62,992 nt of DNA, filler included, from Kipferlia bialata (GCA_003568945.1; 5 parts of 5 records of this genome joined end to end with filler, not necessarily neighbours in it); one strand, 5' to 3'; shown: positions 36,937-50,869, counted from the first letter of the whole stretch. Numbers and translations are program-made. Notes: generated by a model from the sequence alone, not told the origin.

Positions 36937-39900
36937 AATGTCATCAGGTGGTGGATACAGAGGGAGGTGAGACATTATATATATGTATGTATATGTGTAT
37001 ATAGTATGTCATCAGGTGGTGGATGCAGAGGGAGGTGAGGCAATGCGTATATCATACTGATGCAACTCATCCGGGATAATGCCTTGTTGTTCATATGTTA
37101 GTGTTTACAGTATATGTCCTACAGTAACTAAGGTGAGTGCTGCATATATATATATATTGCAGTCATTTACCCTCAGCCCCCCACCCCTGTGCCTCTGTGG
37201 TATATACCAACTGCATTCTTAGTACTGTATGTGTTAATTGTCCTTACTATGTATGTGTGTACTATAATATGACACTGACCCTTAGCCCCCCACCCGTGTG
37301 CCTCTGTGGCATCTGTCAACAGGATACACCTCCCAAGCTTCCAGGTACAGTATGTATATATACACATACTAATTAGTATATATATATATATATATATATA
37401 TATGATCATATTGTTTCACCTGCCCAGTTTCCAGGTATATTGTGTATATATACACACATACATGATTATATAATAGATATTATAAAAATATGAAATGAAT
37501 TATCTACAATTGTACAAATATATATGTAGTATTCGTCGTGTTTGTAAAATAGTCTCTCTTTGCTTTGTTCTACTGTCTCATATCCTCTGGAGCGTGTGAG
37601 TCTGGGCTTGAATACTTGATAATTAGAGAGTATATTGTATTTTGATACATAGTACTGTGTCTCACCCTCAGGAGCGTGTGGAGTCTGGCCTTGACCTGAG
37701 ACTGGCACTGCTGGTGGACATGACACACTCGGAGACAGGGTGGGTATATGTATAGTGGACCAAAATTGAATCACAATTAGTTTCTATCCGCAGAGTCTAT
37801 ATCTCACCCCAGCAGTACCCCCAGTGCCCCCTCCGATTCAGTTGGTGCACGGCACAGAGACACACGGGCTGGGGCAGGTTTGGGTATATATTGTTGTGTA
37901 TAGTGTATATTGTTGTATGTATTAACTTTGCCTAGTGAACTCGATAATACTAGTGTATGCCAATTTGTGGCGTTGGAGTTTGGTTCTTTCACTTACCTCT
38001 CAGGCCGCGTTGAGAGCGTGAGGGAACCCCTACTCGCAGTCCTCAACACCCTATCATTCTTCAAGGTATATTGGGCATATATATATTGACTATATTAAAC
38101 TATATTTGAAAACCCTTGACTTCTCCTGACCTCCCCAGGGACCTGTCTGGACCTCTGGGTTTGGGGCAGTATCACAGAAGAGAGTGGGTGAGGGGGAGAC
38201 AGGACTATGTGCCCCAATCACATTCCCAAAGGTGGGGGTCTTGTATATATATATACTATATATACATGTGTGTGTATATATATATACTGTATATATATGT
38301 ATATGTATATATATGTATATTGAGTAGAATTGCATAGACAGATAGCGAGTCCCAATCACATTCCCAAAGGTAGGTCATGGTACATTTTCACATTCTTTTC
38401 TAGATGTCTATGTGTTTCTCACCCCAGCCCCCCTCTAACAGTGACCCTGACCCCCATGTCTTACCACACTCTATAGAAACACATGCATTTACACACTATA
38501 TATATTGTATCTCTCAACATCTGTCTCATCCTAGTCCCCCTCTGCTGGTGACCCTGACCCCCATGTCCTGCCCAGTCTGAATAGTGTGGTGGAGGGTTAT
38601 GACAAGGTGGGTAGATATATTCAAGAGTATATATATGATATGTACTAGTTCAGTCTCTGAATAGTGTGGTAGAAGGATATGACAAGGTATGAGAGAGAGT
38701 TTGTGTATGTATTGTAGATATGCAGCAGTATACCATGTATATTATACAGTGTGATAGAGGGTTATGACGAGGTGGGTATATATACAAGAGTATATATATA
38801 TATATATATGTGTGTGTGCGTGTGTGAGTCCATTTGATATGTACTAGTTTTGCATCTGGCCAATGTGGTGGACGGGTATGACAAGGTACGAGAGAGCCAT
38901 ATGTAAGTATTATATATACACAGGAGTGTATACCACGTGTATGATATATACTATAATTGCCTTATATAGTGTATGTATTATGCTGTGTTTCTGAGGTTTC
39001 TCTCTATTGGAAAGGTCTAGATATTGACGTCCACCTTTCCCATTCCGTCTGACCCCTAGGTCTGTTCCACCCTCCAGCCCTCCTCTCCCTCACTCCTGCT
39101 GCCATGCCTCAGGTCGGAGATACTGTGTACTATACCACTACTTATATATATACACATACTCTATAGGCATAAGTGATAGTATTTGTGCATATGTGTCACT
39201 CCTGCTGCCATGCCCCAGGTGATAGATATTCATATATGAAAGCATACATGTATACGTATATATGCAAAAGTGTGTATACTGTACTTACGTCCTGCTGCCA
39301 TGCCTCAGGTGACAAATGTAGTCAGTACTATTCATATACATGGAACTAGATACATACTATTTATCCTTCGTCCCTGTGTATAGAGTACCCCAGCACTGAC
39401 TGTCAGGCGTTTCTACAACTCGTCCTTTGCCCAGTGTGACAATGAGGGTGGCATGGATAGTGGCAAGCAGACCTTCACCCTGCTGGTTATCCTCACAAAC
39501 AGTGTGGTGGTGGACTATTGCAGGTACAGTTTAATATAGGCTATTATTATTGTGAAAACCGTTGTAGGTTATGCTGAGAGCAATACCAGAAAGCAGCGCA
39601 GTTTAGGTTATTGTTTGAGACTTCCGGGCACTCTACTCTATCTGACATACATTGTAATGAGTACTTCTTTTCTTATGTATTGTCCCTCACCCCAGCGGTC
39701 TGAACCACATTATTGAGACTAACGAAATACCATTTTAATATGCTAGTGTGGTGCTTACTTCAGTGTTCTGAACCACATTAGGCACAGATCCGATGCCCCC
39801 GTGGCATGTGCCATCATAGAGTGTGGCAGAGGAGGTATGTATACTTACGACGATTATTTGACGATACACAATTGTGTTCAATTTCCCAAACCCTATACTC

Positions 39901-40482
39901 TGCCGAGGCCTTCCTCTTCGGGAGAGTTCGTGTAATGACTATTCAGTTGCAACTATATTCAAGAGTATATGTCTATGAATACTATCGCTCACCCCATACT
40001 CTGCGGAGGCCTTCCTGTGAGAGAGAGTCCTTGTAATGACTATTCATTTGCATCTATGAACAAGAGTATATGTCTATGAGTAATATCTTATCCTCAGACT
40101 CTGCCGAGGCCTTCCTGTCAGAGCGGGAGTCTTTGTTGTATATATATGTATATACTATAGTATACATATTTTTGTGTGCATACACCTAATGTCAGACTCT
40201 GCCGAGGCCTTCCTGTCTGAGAGAGAGTCTGCCAGGGGGAGGGGGGTCGAGAGTGACAACCTCTGGGTGGTGCAGGTAATACTGTATGTCAATATATCGG
40301 TATTACTACAATACAATTACACTTATACATATATGGATTCTATGATAAGTCATTGTTTGCAATCCGTATAAGGTAGCTTTCGTGCCTATTTTACACCCAC
40401 CAACCCCAGTATGGCCTTGTTGGCCACTCCCCCTTCCTGCTCAGAAGGACAGTGCTGGACCCCTTGCCCAGCTGTGTGTCAG
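32133..40482 (+). CDS. Divergent copine-like protein (C2 domain(s) + vWA); both ends uncertain
   Basis: C2 region: VRLIISASSLYDTD...SNPDPICLV, GTTEIKHSDRSPVW, LLKVYDVDD, HDFLGQTET. vWA region: GLDLRLALLVDMTHS (copine DFTAS equivalent), VVEGYDK, FTLLVILTNSVVVD, SDAPVACAIIECG, DNLWVVQY. Confidence 0.75.
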
Positions 40483-41470
40483 GTATGTATGTATATATAT
40501 ATATATATATGTATGTAAATAGTATAGTGATATACATATATTGTATAGTATAGGATGTATCATTGTATTGTGTTATATACATATATATCAGAGGACAGTG
40601 CTGGACCCCTTGCCCAGCTGTGTGTCAGGTATGTACTTGGATATATAGGAATGTATGGTATAGGATGTATAGTATACAGCTGTGTGTCAGGTATTGTATG
40701 TACATATATATATATATTTCTGTACATTTCATATATAGTATGTATAGAATGTATGTGGATACATATATTGATGAATACATGTCTACTTGGATATACATAT
40801 ATTGATCTCTTCTATAGATAGTATCATTAAGCAGATATCAGTGCTCGATCCACTGAAAAACTGTAAAGCATACATATACGAACCTCCTCATCCTAGGCCA
40901 CAGTACCAATGGTACCAGTGCAGGTCCCCATTCATAACGCGAGATAACATATGGTGGCCTTTGCTACCTTCACGGGATAGGTCTAGCATTAGATTACAGG
41001 GACTGCAACTCTTAGCACGTAACATGAGAAGCTCATGCCGATTAGTTTACTTCATTACTAGGCCTAGTAGTAATAGAACAGATGTTGGTTTTCTGTTCTT
41101 TGTCGCAATCAGTTTGAATGTTGGTTTTCAGTTCATTGTCAACTCAATACCCGGACCCTTTTTCAGTTGTGTTTGTCATGAAAGATATGCTCGACACTGA
41201 CCTTTTCGTGTGTGTTACTCGTCAGTGAGTGAGTACTGTAGTGGATGCCACACACCAACGACACACAAGAGGGGAGTGAAGGAGTTATAGTAGTTTCCCA
41301 TGAGTCCTTGTGTGGTGAGGGGGAAGAGGGGGAGAGAGAGAGTGACGAGAGGAGAGGGTCTGTCTCTGAGAGAGAGACATGCCAGTCTGAGCCCCAAGGG
41401 TGTGAGGACATAAGGTGGAATCTACAACAATATGTAATACATACATCATCACTGTTACACTGCGTACATA

Positions 41471-41519
<49 letters not shown>

Positions 41520-41619
41520 NNNNNNNNNNNNNNNNNNNNNNNNNNNNNNNNNNNNNNNNNNNNTTAATTAATTAANNNNNNNNNNNNNNNNNNNNNNNNN
41601 NNNNNNNNNNNNNNNNNNN
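41520..41619. other. Artificial contig linker
   Basis: N44-TTAATTAATTAA-N44. Confidence 0.98.
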
Positions 41620-43538
41620 CACACACAGTCAAGGTGGAACCAGGCATTGACAGGGATGCAGAGAGGGTGGATGTGGGACATGGAGGTATGTGTAGTGTGT
41701 AGCATGAGGGTAGTGTATGGGTGACATGTCTCTCTCTCTCAGCTTGTCATACCAACATCCTGTAATACAGGACCTGTATACAATAGTGTAGCAGTGATCT
41801 CATACACAGACATACATGCACAATCAGGGGTGGATGCTGTAGATGAACGTCACACGCAACCACCCCCTCAGTCTGAGGGGAAGGCACTGGAGACATACCA
41901 CCAGAGTCTAGTGGCAGAGGTGAGTGTACAGGTAGCGTGTAGACACACTGAGTAATGCTCACTTCGCAAAAAACTATATCAGAGAGATCAGGCTGATGCC
42001 CAGAATGCTGCTCTGCGTCAGAGACACCAGGAGTGCACGAGAGAACTGCAGTGTCAGAGAGAGCTCTATGACACACGCATTGCCTCTCTCTCCCAGTCTC
42101 TCACTGACCAAGAGAGAGAGCACAAGGCTGAGGTTCAGAGACAGAGAGAGGTGTATGAGGCTCGTATTGTCTCTCTCTCCAAGCTGCTCTCTGACAGTGG
42201 AGCAAAGAACAAGAGCCTATCTGACTCCCTCTATGTCTCTAATGATATGTGCCGAAGGCTGGCCCAAGAGGTGTTGAAGGTACGTTTTCACAAAATGTAT
42301 ACTTGATGAGTTCGTATCTGTAAAACCACTTTCTAACTAGTGTCAGACCGCATATATACATACTGTTTGTGACACTATCCTAACCCTCTTACACAAGCAC
42401 CGCCTGTCAATCCCTCAGAGGGAGACAAGGGAACACAGCATGCAGTCCCAGATACTACAGCTTCAGGTTTGTAATAACGTAGCACTATATTGCATTTATG
42501 TGTATGTTCTTTGAACTTAGGAGCCTCTGGATATCTGATTATGAGGAATACCGTGTAGACTACAATTGCAACTCACAACAGGCTGAGTTGTCAAGGGTCA
42601 GAGCAACAGAGGGACACTCGTCTCCAAGGTGTGTTAGGGTTTGTGTGTCCATGTACTCCCGTACTAATGGGTACTCTTCACTCACAGCACTCACACCAAG
42701 GTCACCTCAGAGAAAGAGGCCTGCTCCTTTACAACTGCAGAGTGACGCTCTCGTGCAATCTAGACCAACCGTGATAGACACATGCTCTACAGCCACAGTG
42801 TCACAGCCAGAGCAGTCAGTGTATGGACAGGCACCAGAGAGAACCATGTCTAGAGTCTCTAGACAGTCTAGAGACACTGTCACTGAGAGTGTCACTGAGA
42901 GTGAGGGAACCAGACCTGCTTTTGTTGGTGATGTTTATATGGATGGAGAGGGTGATGAGGAGAACCAGCATTCTACCTCTGATGAGAGCTATGCGATGGA
43001 AGGAAACCAGTCTCCTTCAGAGCCAGACACATCCCCTTTCCAGAGGTCCACTAGCCCCACAGCAGAGAGTGTCATTCATGTCGATACTGTGCTGGGACAC
43101 GACACATCCATACCCTCAGCAGTTGTAGCACGGAGGCAGAAGGAGTGGGACAAGGGACTGGCTTCCCTTACGCAGTACCTTGAGACACACAACACGTGGC
43201 CAAGCAGAAGTGACAATCGCCGCATATCAGACTGGACTTTCAGGCAGCGGAAGCTACACAGAAACGGGAAGCTCCCCGAAGACTGTGTAGCCGCTCTGGA
43301 TGAGCTAGGTATTGACTGGAACCCCTACAGGGTGCCACCTAAGCTGTGGACCACTAGACTAGCAGAGCTCCAGAAGTACCTACGCCACCACGGGACTTGG
43401 CCATCCTGGAGAAAGGGTCCGGTAGGGACGTGGGTAAACAGCCAGCGTTGTGCTTATAGGTCAGGCAAGCTTTCCGCAGAGAGAGTGTCAGCTCTGGAGG
43501 AGTTGGGTATTGACTGGTCCCCAAGTCAAAGCACCTAG
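41620..43538 (+). CDS. Coiled-coil protein with two C-terminal helicase-associated (HA) domains and no helicase core
   Basis: Exon with an internal repeat (QRELYDTRIASLSQ / QREVYEARIVSLSK). Last exon: WDKGLASLTQYLETHNTWP...DWTFRQRKLHRNGKLPEDCVAALDELGIDW and WTTRLAELQKYLRHHGTWP...WVNSQRCAYRSGKLSAERVSALEELGIDW. Confidence 0.8.
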
Positions 43539-43726
43539 GATGCACCAAGCGCAAGTCAGTGATCCAATGTGGACACGAATTGCCAGCAGAGCCACAAATT
43601 GGTGTGTGGAAGAACATAGAGTAAATACAATTTCAATCCTCCTATTGGGAACACTCTGCCCTCCATATGGGACCCATTATACCAATCATGACAATACGTC
43701 ATCTATTACAGACAGTGTCTTTGTCT

Positions 43727-45359
43727 CTACTCGACACTCCACAGATCCTCAATGCTGTATCCCTCTGCAAGGGACTCGATGCACAGACCGAGCTCGGGAC
43801 TGGAGTCAAGAACAATGGAGAATGGAAGAGAAACCAATAGTAATGAACTATTATAGTATATACTGCCAATGACAAGATGCACAGACCCAGCTCGGGACTG
43901 GGATCAGGGGTCAAGAATAGAGAACAGAATTGAGAATAGTATTGTTATAAGAGAATAATACATAGACCTACACATATATATACCTGAAGACTGGGTCTCT
44001 CTCCTTGGTGTCCTCCCCACTGGTGGTGGAGTACCTGGGGTTAGACAGTACAGCAGACCTATTAACCACAGTGAAGTGAATACATGAGAGACCGCATGAT
44101 AACTTGTTACTAGGCCTCAACAACTAAGAGAATGCGAGAGAGAGTAGGTACTCACAACACCACTGTATATATACTATTCAATATCAGTTCTTAACAATAC
44201 ATATGATCTAACCTTGCCAGGATGTCCTGCTTCATTAATACATCTATATGTACATATATATAAATATATATACTAATATATATATCTATACATTGTCTAA
44301 CCTCGCCAGGACGTCCTGCTTCATTAATACATCTATATGTACATATATAAAGTATTCTTTTTACATTTGTATATATATAGAGTATTATATATATCAACAT
44401 ATAATCTTACCTAGCCAGGATGTCCTGCTTGTGTGCAGCCTCAGGTGCGCCAGGCAGTACCTTAGGGTAAGAGACCACAAGTAATACGATAAGCACTATA
44501 TACTTGCTGTACTATATCAACTATGTATATATTTCCTGTATACTCTTTCACTGTACACCTGCTCTACTATCCTGCCTGGCTGCATCTGCTCAGAATATAC
44601 TTCTACTCGATACTATTTCTACACGATATACCTGCTCCACAATCATGTCTGGCTCCATCTGCTCGGTATACTATTTCTTACTCGATACTATTTCTACACG
44701 ATATACCTGCTCCACAATCCTGTCTGGCTGCATCTGCTCCGTGACTGATGCCAGATCTGCTGGGCCACTCTCTGTGACTGCCCTGACTCCATACTCTGGC
44801 TTCACATTGGCAGCCCTGCACATCTGGATGATCTCGGCAGCTACAGTGTTCAGCCTAGTATGAGAAGACATATATACATTTACATTGATATAGTGTAGTA
44901 TTGTATGTATATGTTCAGCCTAGTATGAGAGGACATGAATACATATTTCACTATATCACTATACACCTTGTGGCTGGGTCTATTCTGAAGCCCATTGAGA
45001 ACTCGGACCCCTCTGCCTGGGAGGCAAGGACAAGGGCAGGGCCGATGCGGGTCTTCCTGAACAATTAGGAATAGCACTATTCATAGTGGATATCCATATA
45101 GTACATACACTATAGTACAACATGGTTACTCATAATGTACATGGTATACTGTATGTGGTACTCATACCTTACACCCACGCTGTCCATGGCCACATAGGGT
45201 ATGGCCACATATAATGCATACACTATACACAATCAATATATATATGTGCATATATACATATATATGTATATATATCAATACCTTACACCCACGCTGTCCA
45301 TGGCCACATAGGGTATGGCCACGTTGAAGTTACCAGAGGCCTCGGCATACCAGATAACA
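43727..45359 (-). CDS. BBS5: BBSome subunit BBS5, C-terminal half only
   Basis: VIWYAEASGNFNVAIPY...KTRIGPALVL...MGFRIDPATRLNTVAAEI...PEYGV...ERDPVFSPELGLCIESLAEGYSIEDLWSVE* matches the BBS5 C-terminus as recalled (IVWHAN...FNVSIPY...GFKIDP...REPVFSEELGLAIEKL). Confidence 0.9.
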
Positions 45360-45751
45360 CTGCTTGTCAGATGTGTACATACATATACATACAGAATTGA
45401 GTAAACACTAATACATATATGTATGAATATAGTAACCGGAGGCCTCGACATAACATATGACCCTAGAGTGAGATATACATACATGTAGAGAGAGAGACTA
45501 AGATAGAGAGAAAGAGAGAAATATAGTAGTTACCAGAGGCCTCGGCATAACCGATGACCCTAAATTGAGAAGTGTATATATAAAAGATATATATAGAGGC
45601 GAGAGAGATAGAGAGAGAGGGTGGGAGGGGGGGGGGGGGGGGGGGGTATTAACGGCGTGTATACAGAGAAGACAGCCCAATTGTACATATGATAGATGAA
45701 GCATTATGAATGTGTACAATACTCTTATGTACATATATATATCCCACTCAC

Positions 45752-46359
45752 ATCTTCTTCTTGTCCTCCTTGTCGGATGTCATTTGGAACACCTTGCCGC
45801 ACATGGCGTAGTGGATGCCTGGGGGTGAGAGGTAGGACATATATCAGCTAGTCAGTGAAGTAGGATACGTATGCCATGAGCAAACCACACTTGGAGGGAG
45901 AATCAGCAAAGAGATACGACTACCTCCACACAATGACCCTCTATGAAGAAAATACCAACACACAACACCAACTACAACACGACACCGCCCCTACTAACAT
46001 GGAAAGTCACCATAAACCAATCTGAGGGAGATACGTCCAACATCCAATCTCTGGCATATGGTAGATGACTCACCCTGGCTCTCAAAGAACTCCTTGTTGA
46101 GAGACTTGTCGTACTGGCCCTCCTTGCCGCTCCCGAGGGATGTCACGATGTTGACCTGCAGCTGGGCGCCCTTGGAGGTGTCCAGAGGCTGCTCGTCGTT
46201 GCGGCTGAACCTCAGCACAGCCATGTTGATGTCAAGCTTGGCATCGATGCTGGCGTCTGCAGAACGCAGGTCAAGGCGGGACACGTCGTCAAAGAACTTG
46301 CCGGCAGTGTCTGTGCCCTGCACCTGCATCATCTCGGAGAAAATGGTGTCCTGCTGCAT
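45752..46359 (-). CDS. RPB8: RNA polymerase I/II/III common subunit RPB8 (RPABC3), first two exons (46359-46074, 45818-45752); C-terminus not found
   Basis: IFSEMMQVQGTDTAGKFFDDVSRL...KLDINM...HYAMCGKVFQM corresponds to RPB8 LFEDIFDV..IDPEGKKFDRVSRL...LDVN...EYVMYGKVYRI. Confidence 0.85.
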
Positions 46360-46538
46360 CTCTGAGTCACTCACTGCAAGAAAGGGCAGACTGGGCCAGA
46401 TGAGGCTGGAAATCAAGGGGTGCAGGGACCTAAACTCCAGTTTTACGTTTTTCCGATTTAAAGTTGTCCTTAATTGCGAAATGAATTGGTCCCAACGGTG
46501 TGAGCAATCAAGAGCCAATCCACTTTTCTAACGCAGCA
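46360..46538. promoter_or_regulatory. Putative compact bidirectional promoter between RPB8 and alpha-amylase
   Basis: About 180 bp between divergent ATGs, with an AT-rich core and CAAT/CCAAT motifs at 46505-46520. Confidence 0.4.
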
Positions 46539-48098
46539 ATGAAGGTCCTCCTTCTCGCCTGTGCCTTCCTAGCCATGGCTGCGGCCACCCCTGACTTCAA
46601 GCAGTGGCCCAACCTGCTTGAGGTGTCCACCCGGCCCTGGCTGTACGAGATGACCCAGCAGTACGGTTACCTCATCTCTCTCTCCAACGTTCCCGACGCT
46701 GAGCTCGATGCCATCCAGGCAGACGGCATCACAGCCCTCTACGCCCTCGGCATGTGGTCTCTGGGACCCTACGGCCTGGCACACGACAGGACAGACCCCG
46801 GCCTGCTCTCCAGCTATGCCCAGGTGGACAAGTTGGGTGTTACCCTCTATATATTAGCCCCATACACCCACTCACTGACCCCAGACCCTCCCCGACTACA
46901 CTGTGGACGACATCATCGGCTCCTGCTTCGCCGTCACCTCCTACACCATCAACCCCGAGGTACTGGTGTCTCTGACATGTGCTAGTATTAGTCCATTTTC
47001 ATACACCTCCCCACTATCTCCTCTTCCTCACCCTAGATTGGCACTGAGGATGACCTTGTCACCTTCAGGCAGAGACTCCACTCCAGGGGCATCGCCCTCT
47101 ACCTCGGTAAGACTGACTCGTTTATGTCATATGTGTATATGGCTCAATCAATGGCTCTAGTATCTTTATTTCAAGGGTATCGCCCTCTACCTCGGTCCGT
47201 CCAGACTGATACTGATTCCACTGACTCGCATCGTACATATAGCCACTATGACAAGTATTTCAATACAAACCATAACAACCACTAACCTCCCAGACTTTGT
47301 GCCCAACCACTCTGCCGTGGACAGTGTCCACATGAGTGAGCACAACGAGTACTTCATCCACGCACCAAAGGTATATACTACCTACTTACTCTCTCTCTCA
47401 CTGTATCTCTCTCTGTACCCCCCTCTTCCCTCGGATAAGCACTGCATCCAAGGTGTCTACACCTCTTTCTATATACCCCTCCCCCCACCCATGTGGACCT
47501 CTCTCTCTCTCTTCCTCACCCCAGGGCCAGACCTCCCCCAAGCCTCTGTCTGTCTCTCTCTCTCTCCCTCACCCCAGGGGCAGACCTCCCCCTACGACCC
47601 CTCCACCTACCTCCCAGATGGCACTGCATTTGGAAAGGACAAGTACGGCAATGTGTGGACAGACACAGGTAATGAGTATGTGTATATACCCCTGTACAGT
47701 ACATATATACATATACCTATATATATGTATATTGATAACAATGTTCCTGTGTCTCTAACCCCCAGCCCAGTACAACTACTGGGACACCATGACCTACCAT
47801 GCCCGTATCATGGAGCTGCAGACAGTGGCATCATTCGCCGATGGAATCAGGTATGTATATATATATGGATCGATGTATAGATATGTGTTGGTACACGACA
47901 TGATATGATATATATGTCTATTCAATGGGAACTGCAGACAGTGTCATCATTCGCTGATGGAATCAGGTATGACTGCCCCCCCCCCCCCCATACTTACACT
48001 CATATATATACAAATATATATGATGCATATATTTATGTATATGTGTGTGTGTTCCATTTCCTCACCTGCAGGTGTGACATGGCCATGCTTGCCCTCAA

Positions 48099-48136
<38 letters not shown>

Positions 48137-50869
48137 CTATACCCACCTGCAGGTGTGACATGGCCATGCAGGCCCTCAACTCTCTCTTTCACTCTCCCTC
48201 TCTCTGTGTATCCCTCTCTCTCTCTCTCTCTCTTTCTACCCTCACCCCCAGGTGTGACATGGCCATGCTGGCCCACAACACTCTCTCTCTATTTCTCTCT
48301 GTCTCTATGTATCCCTCCCTCTCTCTCTCCCTCTCTCTCTCTATATATATATATATATAGATACTCACCTCTAGGTGTGACATGGCCATGCTGGCCCTCA
48401 ACTCCCAGATCGCAGACATCTGGAGCTACACCCTCACCACATGGGGATACACTGCCCCAGAGGTATGATTTCATATAATTATATTTTCCATTAGTTCCGT
48501 ATACAATATGTATACGTTTGATAGACATTGTTCTATATACCCCTCACCCCAGGAGGAGTTCTGGCCTGCTGCCATCAGTATCATATGTATATATATGTAT
48601 CATTACTTAAAGATTCATATATAAATATGTATATATGTATATGTATTACACTGTATTAATCCCGCAGGAGGAGTTCTGGTCTGCTGCCATCAGGGCTGTC
48701 AAGCAGGTCTACCCAGGTGGGGCCGGTTTGAGTGTATATAGTATCCTCTTTCTACCATATTGGTAACCGAAGTTAATATCTGACTGTAGTATAGGAAATA
48801 TGTCATCTCTTACCTTAGACACTATCTTCATGGCCGAGGTCTACTGGGGTCTGGGCCAGGACCTCCTGGACACAGGCTTTGACTACGTCTATGACAAGGT
48901 GACACTGCTCTCTCTCTCTCTCTCTCTCCCCCCTCTCTTTCGCTCTTTGTATATGTGTCAGTATGTCAAGGTGCCAATACTCTCTCTCTCCCTCCCTCTC
49001 TCTGTATGTGTGAGTGTGGGTCTTTTTATGTGTGTCTGTGGTTGTCAATATGTCTCTCTCCCTCTCTCTCCCCCCCTCTCTCTCTCCCTCTCTCTCTCCC
49101 TTACCCTCAGGAGGGTCTCTACGACACCCTCTCTGGCGAGTACCTTGACAACATCAGGTGGGTTTGCGTATATATATGTATGTGGAATGATCTCGATGAA
49201 GTACTATCATTGTGTTATTATTGTATGTACAGTGTCCATCTCTTGTCTATGTCTCCCTTGCCCCGTAGGAACTACATCAAGTACACCTCCTTCGACTACA
49301 TATTATGTATACAATTATGTGTGCATATATATTTAAGCAGACATGTGTTTATATATATATATACTAAGCATCTCTCCCTCAACCCAGGAACTACATCAAG
49401 TACACCTCCTACGACTACCTGTCCCACGGCACACACTTCATCGAGAACCACGACGAGGGTGAGAGATACATATACATATAGTATAGTAATACATATATAC
49501 ATACTATCCATGCTGATACTTCATCGAGAACCACGACGAGGGTGGGTGTAGTACATATATATATAGTTATATGTGTACATACAATGTGTGATACGGTAGA
49601 CGCTGATTCTGCCCATACTGGTACATTCATCGAGAACCACGACGAGGGTGGGTGAACATGTATTATGCATACATGTGTTATTGTAAATACTAGTACTGAT
49701 ATCTGACTACATATGAATATACCCATCTCACCCCCAGGCCGTGCCGTTGAGCACTTTGGGTCTGTGCCCGTGGCAGATGCCGCTGGCCTCATTACATTCA
49801 CACTCCCAGGTATGTATATTAAGGGTGAATGGAGTGTAATAGTATATACGCGTACATCTCTCTTACTATAGGTATGAAGTTCCACTTCCAGGGCCAGTGG
49901 GTCGGCAAGAGGAACAAGCTCGACGTCCACCTGAGACGCTCATACGCTGAGGCAGACTCTACCGAGGTATACATGTCTTTTGGACCAAGTCGCTTCTATT
50001 TTTAATACCTTGCGTTCTCTGTTTCTCTCTCTCTCTCACTCTAGGCTGAGGACCTCTACGGGGCCCTTCTGCCCATGCTCAATGACGATGTGTGGCACCT
50101 GGGTACGGATGTCTCTCTCTCTTCCTCTCTCTCTTCCTTGTGTGTCTCTATCATATATACGCGCTCCCCCTCTTGTTCTCTTCCTCTGTCTCTAACCCCA
50201 GGGACCTACACCTATGGGGATGTGTGCTTCTCTCTCTCTCTCTCTCCATCTCAGTTTCTCCTAATCTCCTCTCACTATAGGCACCTACACCTACGACGAC
50301 GTGTGGGGCACTGATGACTGCTGGAGACTCATGTCCTGGAGATACGAGTACAACGGAGTCAAGGTACTGTTCCACTTCCATCTCTCTCTCCCCCTCTCGC
50401 TCTTTCTCTTCCCTCTCTCTTCTTCTTACCCCCTCAGGTTGTGGTCATTGCCAACTTCAGTGACCAGTCCGGGTCTGGTAGGGTCTCCGTGCCCAACGCA
50501 GGTATGATTTATATGAATTTCATATATATGTGTTATATACAAATACGTATACATATACATATACACTGGGTCTGGCAGGGCCTCCGTGCCCAACGCAGGT
50601 TTGTATACATACTCTCTCTCTCTCTATATATATATGGATACATATATCTCACCCCCAGGCAACGGCTCCGACTCCCTCGTCATCACTGAGAAACTCTCTC
50701 TCCCTCCCTATATATCCATATCTAACCCCCAGGCAATGGCTCTGACTCCATCGTGATCACTGAGAAGCTGTCTGGTGCCGAGTACACCCGTTCTGCCAGT
50801 GACATGAGGGACAACGGCCTCTTTGTGATAGTGGATGCATGGGACGCACAGATATTCTACTACCCATAA
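46539..50869 (+). CDS. Secreted GH13 alpha-amylase-family glycoside hydrolase, many introns
   Basis: Signal peptide MKVLLLACAFLAMAAA; GH13 conserved regions LDFVPNH, DGIRCDMAML (nucleophile D), FMAEVYW (acid/base E) and FIENHDE; TAA at 50867-50869. Confidence 0.92.

Noticed and set aside
28380..41571. Numerous 60-240 aa ORFs rich in YI, SL, ER or poly-P/G
   Set aside because: They are translations of (TA)n, (CT)n, (GA)n and homopolymer intron tracts, or antisense shadows of real exons.
45650..45722. LSYVQLGCLLCIHA as the missing RPB8 YVSYGGLL segment via a 28-nt intron
   Set aside because: AT-rich intron-like composition, no branch motif, and it runs into poly-C; probably coincidence, though not excluded without transcripts.
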